A DNA stretch of 64,000 bases, taken from positions 139,252,001 through 139,316,000 of the forward strand of contig NC_043000.1 in NCBI RefSeq assembly GCF_006345805.1, written 5' to 3'. The translations under genes and the position numbers were made by a program. This DNA is from Octopus sinensis. Taxonomy: Eukaryota. The notes under the pieces were generated by a model. That model did not search any database. It saw only the letters and a program-made list of their open reading frames with translations, and had not been told where the DNA came from. Below, one piece after another: positions 53,903-64,000 of this stretch. Every line of letters begins with the position of its first letter. The first letter of the stretch is position 1.

Positions 53903-54299
53903 AGGTGCAGGAGTGGCTGTGTGGTAAGTAGCTTGCTAACCAACTACATGGTTCTGGGTTCAGTCCCACTGCATGGCACCTTAGGTGAGTGTCTTCTACT
54001 ATAGCCTCGGGCCGACCAATGCCTTGTGAGTTGATTTGTTAGAAGGAAAATGAAAGAAGCCCATCGTGTGTGTGTGTGTGTGTGTGTTTGTGTTTGTGTG
54101 TGTGTGTGTGTGTCTATGTTTGTCTTCCCACCATCACTTGACAACCAATGTTGGTGTGTTTAGTGGTTTGACAAAAGAGATTAATAGAATAAGTACTAGG
54201 CTTACAAAGAATAAATCCTGGGGTTGATTTGTTCGACTAAAGGCAGTGCTCCAGCATGGTCGCACTCAAATGACTGAAACAAATAAAAGAATAAAAAGA
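53903..54299 (+). mobile_element. SINE family A, full length
   Basis: Complete copy. Confidence 0.9.
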
Positions 54300-54884
54300 A
54301 TATATAAAATGCCTTTTCTTTTTCTTTGAGTACAATCCATTTTTCTCTGCTAGTAAGTGTTTAGACAGGGAGCTATTTGAAGTCTGATTTTACATTTGGA
54401 TGCTCTTCCATTCACCAAGTCCTCCCGGTTTCCATGTAAGTAGTCTTTTTTTGCCTATTTCTATCTCTATTACACATGCACATACCTGCACACACACGTA
54501 TAGTGAAATACAAAGAGTTATAACTATTCAGTGTACAAAATTTCATCTGCTGTCTTAATTTTAAGATAATTATTTTAAAATAAGTGTTCTTACCAATTGA
54601 TTCAATTATTCAAATACCATAATGTAATCAAATATTGATTTGCAGATAGATTTTGTTATTTAATGTATCAAAAAGCCAATCAGTCAGACCTGAAGCTCTA
54701 TGTTTGACATTGTTTCACATTAAGTTTAGTAAATAAATTACTGGTGCATTAATAGTATTTTGGTTCAATGTTATGGAGACACTCTACATAATAATCATCT
54801 GTAAACAACTTCTCTCTCCATACAAGAACTTCATGGACAGAAACAAAAAAAACAATAATAGATTAATTAACACACACATGTATA

Positions 54885-55110
54885 CACACTATCACACACA
54901 CATATGCCCAACCCATGCTAGCATGGAACAGAGACGTTAAATTATGATGAGAGATTCACACAGACACACACACATATATTTATGTATATATATATATATA
55001 TATATATACATACATACATATATGTGTGTGCGTGTGTGGTGAATCTCTCATCATAATTTAACGTCTCTGTTCCATGCTAGCATGGGTGGGCATATGTGTG
55101 TGATAGTGTG
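54885..55110. repeat. Near-perfect inverted duplication (~73-bp arms)
   Basis: 54885-54959 and 55039-55110 are reverse complements apart from small indels. Confidence 0.9.
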
Positions 55111-55111
55111 T

Positions 55112-55179
<68 letters not shown>

Positions 55180-55196
55180 TATGTATATATGTATAT

Positions 55197-55246
<50 letters not shown>

Positions 55247-55289
55247 TTATATATATATATATATATTTATTAGAAGAAATGAGGTACTC

Positions 55290-55362
<73 letters not shown>

Positions 55363-55499
55363 AATGTGTGTGTGTATGTATGTATGTGAAAAAAGGTAAA
55401 GGGGATTAATAAATCTGTATATATATATATAATATTGATAAAAATGGTAAGACAACAAAAGAATGAAAGAGACCTCGATATTATGTAAATAGAGGAATT

Positions 55500-57310
55500 T
55501 ATCTGTAAAGGTAATATGTGACAGTTAATTGGTATGATAAAACTCCGAGTTTCGGATGCTGAGGTGAAAATCAACGCCGCCATCTCTCTACAGTTATCTG
55601 GCCATCGGAAAAAATGCTATGAAAATGACCATTATACAAAGGGAAATTACTGTGTGATTGATCGTTATTAAGACAAAAGAGCTATTTGAATGACTGCTAA
55701 GTGAGGGGAGGGAGTAAAAGTAAGGGGGTAAAAAGTTCTTAGTATTCGCGTAAGCGCGCATGTCTATACCTACACATACGCGCCCGCACACCCATGTACA
55801 TGCGCGTCCGCACACCCACGTACATGAGCCTAAAGGTATACCCTCATCCACCCTCACTTGAAACGTACACATTCTCACCTGCATCATTCGCCATATATAT
55901 ATACAATCACACACACACGCGCGCACCCAAAAACTTCATACACACGTCTATATACGCAGAAGCACAAGAAAAACAGGGCTATGGGTAACAATACAAAAAA
56001 AATGTGTAAGGGAGTATAAAAATATGCAAAGAGTAAACCACGTCTATATACGCACATACTCGTATGCACGCACACACACATACGCCTATATACGTGCATA
56101 CCCGTACACGTCTATATACGCACACACACGCGCGCACAAAATGTTCATACATACTTCTATATGCGCACATAGACAAGAAAAAATAGGGCTAAAGGCAAAA
56201 ATACAGGAAAATGTGTAAAAAACTATGAGTAAGACACGTCTATATACGCACTCACGCACGCATCTATATACGCGCATACCCGCACACACGCACACATCCA
56301 CACGCGCGCACAAAGGATTCCATATGCACGTCTATATACGCACAGGGAAAATGCAGGGTGGAGTAGAATACAGAAAAATTATGTGTAAAAAATATATAAG
56401 CAATAAACCTTTAAACCAATAAATATGTATAAAATATGTTTAAAAAATATATAAGTATATATAAAAATATATAAGAAATATAAGTAAAAAGTATAAAGAG
56501 ATAAAATGCTTGTACGTGGATACAACGCAGAAAGCAAGCTCTGTCTGTAATCTCGGGGTGACAAAAAACGTAACAAACATTTGGTCACATATTGGCATGA
56601 GCCGAAAAGTTCAGTTCTTGAATTCAGACATGTAGCGGGGTCTAAGCTGCTTTTCCAGATGAGACATCTTTCCATATCACATAGACCGCACTTACCACTG
56701 CCGTTGGTGTAGGGCTTACACTTGGCTAAGATCTTCCAATGCAAGTTGTAACTGACACCTTTATCATTTAATGACCTTATATGACTGGATAATTTAGTCG
56801 TTTTCCTTTTATCCCAGTGCCTGAAGCTCAATGTGTGATTATTGAACCTGGCCTTGAAATTTCCCTCTGTAAGGCCCACGTATTTCTTTGTCGAAACCGT
56901 GTCCTTAGTGGATATAGAGTCACACGGTGGCTTCATAAATGATGGTCTCGGACATGCAAGCTCCATGTAGCGGGCACAAATTTTCATCCCTGCATGAACA
57001 GCTGGTTTCGTATTGTGGTTTTTGTGTGTTGTGTGCGATTATATTTTTGAAATTGGTAGTTGAGCTGAAGCTGATTTTTAAGTTGTGTCTATTGAAGAGC
57101 TTTCTGTAAGTATGGTTTACCGGAAAATGTCTATCCATCAGTGCTAAGAAATACTTACCTATATTGAAGGTCACCTCGGGTGAGTAGGGTGGGTGAACCA
57201 GTTGGTTTTCCTATTCCTATGTTTTCTCTTTATTGTTGGACTGGTGGCAGGTGTATAGGTTATTTCCTCGCTAAAACCAATATCTTTTAGAGTCTTATCA
57301 TATACCTGGG
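55500..57310 (-). mobile_element. Penelope-like element, 5'-truncated (linker + GIY-YIG + 3' region)
   Basis: FNIGKYFL...LFNRHNLKISFSST...CSCRDENLCPLHGAC...IIYEATV...YVGLTEGNFKARFNNHTLSF...CGLCDMER...LNSRTELFGSC. Confidence 0.9.
55536..55598 (-). ncRNA. Degenerate type-I hammerhead motif
   Basis: GATAA CTGTAGA GA GATG..(22)..CATC C GAAAC TCGGA GT T TTATC; one core mismatch. Confidence 0.5.
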
Positions 57311-57589
57311 TAGATCTAAATAAGAACATTTATAAGCCTTATAGGAAGCCCAATGATTGACTTAGTTATATTAATGCAGGTTCCTGCCATCCCCCCATAG
57401 TGTTTAAAAATTCAGTTAAAAACATTAGTAAGAGAATTTCTAGCCTCTCCTCTGGTAAGGACATTTTTAATAGCGTTGCCCCAGTATATAATGAGGCTTA
57501 CCCTTGCCGATGACTTGTCGACCTGGATTAGATTAATGAGGGCGATATTCTATGCATAATAAAAGAAATACTTGTAATTGTCATATACC

Positions 57590-58300
57590 TATTGAAGGAT
57601 TTTTGCCTTCGGAAAAATGTCATGTACAAATGTGTTGTGTTAACATCCCAGAATGACCAAACAATGATATATGTAGGGAGTACTGTAGATTTTAAGCGCA
57701 CATATGAATTCGTTTATTAATACTAAAACCAAACTACCTACATCATTAGCTACACAAATCCTCAAACTTAAAATGCAAAATATACAGTATAAATTATCAT
57801 GGTCAATAGTAACAGGAGCCTCCCCTTATAATTCCCACATGCGTAAATCTAATTTTTGTATTAGGAAATCTCTATCTATTCTGCATATGCATAACTCCTC
57901 AATGTTAAATAGGTTTTCGGACGTCATCATCTCTTGTAGGCACAGGTATTCTCCGACCCTTAAGCACCTGGTTAACTCTACACAATTACACAATGAAACT
58001 ATAATTCTATTAAAGCTGAAATATAAAAATTGCTAATATTATTAATAGTTTCGTCTCAATATTAGTTTAATATTCATTCCATCTACTAAAAACAAAACCT
58101 CATCTGCCAGAGTAATAAATGTAGCTCTTTATAAAGACCGCCAGCAACGGATTCCACACCAGCTCCCAACAAATGTAATCTTACCAGCTTAATATTCCTT
58201 GATGAAGGAGGCGGTGGTATTGAGTAGAATCTAAGTACCATTTTTGCACCCTAGGCCTCAGAAACGGTCATCGTATATAAACTTCTAGATTTTAAATTTC
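57590..58300 (+). mobile_element. Penelope-like element 3' remnant (GIY-YIG)
   Basis: CLRKNVMYKCVV...IYVGST..., TSLATQILKLK...YKLSWSIV...PYN...FCIRKSL...MLNRFSDVIISCRH. Confidence 0.75.
58192..58278 (+). ncRNA. Strongly degenerate hammerhead-like motif
   Basis: ATATTC CTTGATGA AGG..(long stem with TGGTATT/AGTACCA)..CCT CA GAAAC GGTC ATC GTATAT. Confidence 0.35.
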
Positions 58301-58839
58301 TATAGGGATTTAATTATGTTTTCTACACTCGGATTATAAGCAAATTATAAATTTCATAGATTCGCAATATCTTATATAATTTAATATCCTTTTAAAAAAA
58401 TAAGTGGGACTATATTTTTGTACATTATTCATATCTTAACATATACATATAGTTATATCTATATATATTTTAATATCTTGTAATATATTTTGTGACTCTT
58501 ATTTCTGGGCGAAATGCACTTAGCACTTCTACGAACTCTGTATAGAGATACTCCAATCTCTAAAACATAAGTATTACACACACACACACACACATACACA
58601 TATATATACATGGATGTATGTATATGTATATATATACAGGCATATATATATATGTATGTATATATAACTATCTGTCTATATCTATATATATATACAAACA
58701 TACATACATAGATATATACATATGTATATATATGTGTGTGTGTGTGTAACGAAATTATTTTATTTCACACGGACAGAAGTATGGAAAGAATAGAAATTGA
58801 AAATGCACTGAGAATAGTTAAAATACATTTTATTAATAT

Positions 58840-61790
58840 ATTTAAAGCTTTAACCGGTTTCACAGTTTACACTGATTTTCAAAGATTTGAAGTAGAAAGA
58901 CGTGGTTTATGTGCAGCTGTTTGCTTCTGACTAGTGTTTGAAGCTTTCCCTATTTCTATAGGGAGTTCGTGTCTCAGATTTGTATGTTTTGTATAGTGTT
59001 TGATTGGTAGAGGATAGGCGCATGACTGGTCTTAGAAATGTTGTATTTCCCCGCTACGTCCGTGTTTGTTTATATAGAATACAAATTTTTATATACATAG
59101 TTGGCTAAAATCTGTGGATATTCTCAGAATAGGGAATATGTATTTGACACAGTAGTTTATTTCCAGCGATTATTTTCCATGAGAAATTTTGTGAAATTTC
59201 TAACTGGAATTTATTTTCAGATAAAATATAATTTACATATTTTAAATAATAATTTCCATTAAGAGCATACACACTTGTTTCCTGCTTCCTTAGTATGAAG
59301 TGACAATGTTTAGCTTCGTAAGTTAAGGCTGACACGGTTGACGGAACAAGTTGAGCGGAAGTACTAAACAATCAATGCTCTGAAAACTTTTTGTCAAATG
59401 TTTGTAGAGAATGAACAAGTGATTAAGTTTAGAACCTTCTGTAAGTTTCCAGTTACGTCCGTGTGTTCGTGTCAAGTGGCAGTATATTTAGCGCCTAAAA
59501 TGAAGGCCGACATGTTTAGTTCCAGTCAAGGCACTCCAAATTTAATCTGTCTGGTGGGAAAGTAGACAGGAGTCGCTTGTATGTAGTCTAGTAGCTAAAG
59601 TTTAGTTTGCAAGTCGTGTAGGTTCCTTTTGTTAAGTGACAGAATGAGTTTTATGTGTGAATAGTTATTTCTGTATGTTTATGAAGCCTAGGGTTGTACT
59701 TTTGTATGAATCTATTCTCTTTGTTTATCTGTGCTTCATCTGTGGTATTCACTGAACATAGATAGAGAGGAAGACCTGGAATTTGAGGAATTTATTTTTT
59801 GATGTCTATGTTTCCACTCAGTGAAATCTGTCTAGTACCAGGGTCTCATATTTGTAGTCGGTGGATGGTCAGTCTATTTTTAAGAATAATTTGTGTTTTA
59901 CCTATGTAATCTTCATTACATCCTTGATATTTGATAGCGTATGTTAAATTCTTTAAAGAACATGTAAGTTTTTAGAGTAACATTCTCTCCTGATTTCAAT
60001 TTATATATTGCGCCTTCAATACGATTGATGCAAGTCTCATAATTTGGATGGCCAGAGTATTGGCCATTTGATTATCTTTTACTTTTGATTATTTCATGTA
60101 TTTCGATACTTGTTTCATTCTTGGATCTTGTGTTAGTAGTGAGATGTTCTGGTGGATAGTATTGCAAACCTGTATATTTATTGGGTTGTGCGTTGTAATA
60201 AAAGATAGATTATTAGAGGTATCTGGAGTGGTTTTCGTTTTCCGTACTTTTTGGATATTTAATGTTTTGGCACGTTCTATTCCGTTGTCAACTAATTTTA
60301 ATGGGTATTATGTTTTAAGTATTATTTATTTTAGTTCTTGGGGTCTTTCATTGCGGGTTTTAAGGATTGAGACAATTGTGCAGATTCTTCTTGCTACATT
60401 AAAGGGAATATTATTCTTCGTGTATTTGGTATGGCATGAGGAGAACAGTAAGTATAGTTTAGAATATGTTTGTTGTGAATGAATGTTTCAATGGTTTTAC
60501 CTCTTTTGTTGTTTAAAATATTCCGGAATTATAGTTGAGTATTATTGTATTCCATGGTGAAATTTATATTATTGTTTATGCTGCTGATAAGGTTTTTGGA
60601 ATCTATACGTTGTACAAATGTATGCGTCCATAGGATTAGGCAATCATCTAGGTAACGTTTCCAGTTTTCTAGTAGAAATATGTGGAAGTTCAAGCCATAT
60701 TTTGATTTTGATTGTTCATATATCTGGACCTCCATGTAAGCCATGCCTAGATTGACGTTAGTCGGAGCAACTTTTGTTTGCATCGCAGTCCCCGGTATTT
60801 GTTTGTAAATCTTGCCATCGAACTCAAAAAAGTTGTTTTCGAGGATAAACTTTTATCCTTCAGTGACGAATGTTTTATCAATTCTGTCTGGAATTTCATG
60901 ATGGAATTTCTCAAGCCAGAAATTTATTGTCTCTAGTTCATATTGGTGTGAGATTGCGATATAGAATTTTACCACACCAAAAGATGCAATACTGATATCA
61001 TTGTTTATGTATTTTGGGAGGTGCTTTAACAAATCCAGATCACCCCTTACAAGATTTGATATGTATTTCAAAATAGGTTACAGAAATATATCTAAAATGT
61101 TGCTGAGTTAGTGTATTTCACAGTTAGGGCCTACTGCGATTAGTCTAAATTTAAAGTCGGTGGGATATTGTATGTTTATGCAATTTGAAGTTGGTTCTTT
61201 ACATGCATTCTTAATAGTTTGATTCTTATGAACTTTTGGGACACCGTAGAAGTAGCTAGTGTTGCAATCAAAATGGGTTTGGTAGTCACATTCTTTGTTT
61301 GTTAAACCGTTTTGATGTTTGTGAATGAATGTGTTCAGTGTAGTCAGTGTCTGATTTTTGGTAATTATTCACCTTTTCGTAGTAGATCATATCTTGTAAT
61401 ATAGATAATATATCTCTCTTGTAGTGTTCAATATCCATGATAACTATATCACTTCCCTATCTGCTTAATTATTATGTCGTTATCTATTTTGTCAGTTCAC
61501 GAATAATTTTCCATTCGTTTGTATTGGTATTGGTTTAGATTTTAGGATGTGGAAATTCTTTGTAAAAGGAGGAAGATATAAACTTACAAAATTTATGTAA
61601 AGCTTTATTCTTAACTTTCGTAGGCTTGTAGTAGCTCTTGTTTCTTACCCAGTTTTCTTTATCGTATAATTTTTCGGTCAGGCGTAGTTTTCAACAGAAC
61701 TGTGAAATATCTTTCTGTATTTCATTGTGGTTGGGGTAAATTTTAGACATTTTGATAATGCATTAATTGCTTCTACTGAGAGAGTTCTTT
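58840..61790 (-). mobile_element. Decayed Penelope-like element (RT + GIY-YIG)
   Basis: LSKCLKFTPT (~61740), SIASFGVVKFY (motif A-like), VAPTNVNLGM, WKRYLDDC, INFTME, NLTYAIKYQGCNEDYIGKT (~59930); many stops and frameshifts. Confidence 0.85.
59071..59290 (+). repeat. 220-bp exact direct duplicate of 62951-63170
   Basis: Base-by-base identity over 220 bp, offset 3880. Confidence 0.97.
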
Positions 61791-61874
61791 TTATATGTTA
61801 ATTATACATATCAATAATATGTTAATATTAAATATATGTGTGTGTGTGCGTATACGTATATATACACACACGCA

Positions 61875-61918
<44 letters not shown>

Positions 61919-62089
61919 CACACATACATATCTATGTGTGTGTGTGTGTGATTCACTGATAGATTCACAATATCCTACTTGAAAGGGACACCTGCAGGAT
62001 GGGTCAAAATAATTGTTCTACTGAATAAGGATTTGTGCTAAATCCATCTTCAATTTCCGTCATCAATTATTGATGTATACACATAACAG

Positions 62090-62246
62090 TACCAATACAT
62101 TCTTGTAGTGGTTGGCTTTAGGAAGGGCATCCAACCATAGAAACCATACCAAATCATAGTGGAGTCTGGTGCAGCCCCTCAATTTACCAGTTTTGGTCAA
62201 ACCATCCAACGCATGCCAACATGGACAACAGACGCTAAATGATGAT

Positions 62247-62250
<4 letters not shown>
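62090..62250 (+). mobile_element. RTE 3' terminal fragment
   Basis: tggttggctttaggaagggcatcc...gacgctaaatgatgatg. Confidence 0.8.
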
Positions 62251-62294
<44 letters not shown>

Positions 62295-62327
62295 TACATA
62301 TATATATATACATATATACGTATATAT

Positions 62328-62379
<52 letters not shown>

Positions 62380-62532
62380 ATATTATATATACATATATAC
62401 GTATATATACATATATATACATATATACGTATATATAATATATATATATATACATATATATACATATATATATATATACATATATATACATATACATATA
62501 TATACACACACACATATATATATGTATATATA

Positions 62533-62778
62533 TGCTGTGTCTGGGGAGAGTCATTCTCTTTTAGTGCCTTATAATTTACCACACTCACCGGTAAAATTTC
62601 CACTTATTTCTATTTTATCTTTCATTGAATATGGCAATCTTTTCAATACTATTGAAAAGGTTGCAAGACGCAACGAAAATTTTTTTTTTAAATAAAGAAA
62701 GAAATAAGTATAAATTTTACCGGTGAGTGTGTTAAATTATAAGGCACTAAAAGAAAATGTCTCTTCCCAGACACAACA
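62533..62778. repeat. Long inverted repeat (78-bp arms, 7 mismatches)
   Basis: 62533-62610 versus the reverse complement of 62701-62778; weak symmetry continues to a centre near 62648. Confidence 0.9.
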
Positions 62779-63924
62779 GAATATGCTTCGACACATGAAC
62801 CCACATAAAGAATCTTGCAAACCAAATCCAAAGACGAAATATATATATATATATATAACCCACAATAATAATAGGCTTATACAAACCATCCCAAGGCAAG
62901 TTAAAGATATCATACAGTAACTCATGAAACTTTTCTCCATGAAAATACTGTATATAGAATACAAATTTTTATATACATAGTTGGCTAAAATCTGTGGATA
63001 TTCTCAGAATAGGGAATATGTATTTGACACAGTAGTTTATTTCCAGCGATTATTTTCCATGAGAAATTTTGTGAAATTTCTAACTGGAATTTATTTTCAG
63101 ATAAAATATAATTTACATATTTTAAATAATAATTTCCATTAAGAGCATACACACTTGTTTCCTGCTTCCTGATTTTTAAAATGGGCAATTTTGAAAGGGT
63201 GAAATCTGAATATAAACGTGCTTCATACATTGTTTACCAAAATAATAAAGACATTATGAATTTAAAAACTGCTCCACAAGTGATTTCTTAACCATTGTCA
63301 AACTGGTACCAAGTATATTTCTCTCCCTAATATATTGACATTCATATTGAAATGGCTTTTACATTGATTCTTCTTTCTACATTTCAAGAGGAAGCAAAAG
63401 ATTTGTTTGTATGTGTGATCATGTGTGTGTGTGTATAAGTGACATAAAAATGATATTCCATACTATGAAATATTGTTTGTTATATAATACTTCTTGTGTA
63501 AACATATCTGTTTCAATACAGGTATTGGCAATTGTACATGCATCAGTAATATGTACTTATATGAAGACTAATATTGAAAACTATTATATAGATTACTCTC
63601 TTATACGTTGAAGGATCAGGCTCCAGTCAAATGCTATGGATTACTTAAAGTCAGTGTCAGTTGGTAACCTTTCTATTGAAAGTAAGCATTTGTATAAAAG
63701 AAAATGTTTGCATCAATATTTTGCATATTAGTTTTTCTAGACTATCCTTAAGAGAAATAATGCCCCCAAATTTCTACACACCCATTAACACCCATACCTG
63801 CATGCACATATGTATGTACATATGTACATAAATATCAAGTGTATATATGTATGTATAAATATGTATATGTCTAAATATATATATATATATATATACATCA
63901 TATATAGGTGTGTATATACATGTA

Positions 63925-64000
63925 TGTCATCATCAACATCATCATCATTTAATGTCTGTTTTCCATGCTAGCATGTGTTGAATGGTGTGAAAGGTGCTGG
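63925..64000 (-). mobile_element. RTE 3' tail at window edge
   Basis: (CAT)n then ttccatgctagcatg. Confidence 0.7.

Noticed and set aside
58845-58884. Hammerhead-like TTGAAAA T CAGT GTAA ACTG T GAAAC CG GTT on minus
   Set aside because: Two core mismatches and no clean stem I. It may be a decayed PLE ribozyme, but this cannot be supported from this copy.

Overview
This window is AT-rich, microsatellite-dense animal DNA. The SINE and LINE families point to an octopus (cephalopod) genome; this is inferred, not verified. It is mostly transposable elements. The main element is a near full-length RTE-clade LINE (~47.1-52.98 kb, +). Its ORF carries a C4HC3 PHD-type finger inserted inside the RT domain and is broken only by six single-base deletions. 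Its 3' UTR has expanded into a 2.4-kb hierarchical array of RNA hairpins and shows clustered A>G changes. Also present are eight truncated copies of the same RTE family, four Penelope-like (PLE) remnants, and small PLE-type end fragments. Five minimal type-I hammerhead ribozyme motifs occur with these PLE pieces; one has an intact core and sits in the loop of a perfect 41-bp inverted repeat. Other elements are R4/Dong- and Hero-like RLE remnants, a Ty3/Gypsy fragment, a solo LTR with TSD, a small Helitron, a mariner remnant and at least three tRNA-derived SINE families. A tentative minus-strand host gene of unknown identity is supported by five spliceable exons (24.4 to 18.7 kb). Most ORFs in the supplied track are microsatellite artefacts. 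All analysis was by eye; no searches or folding programs were run.
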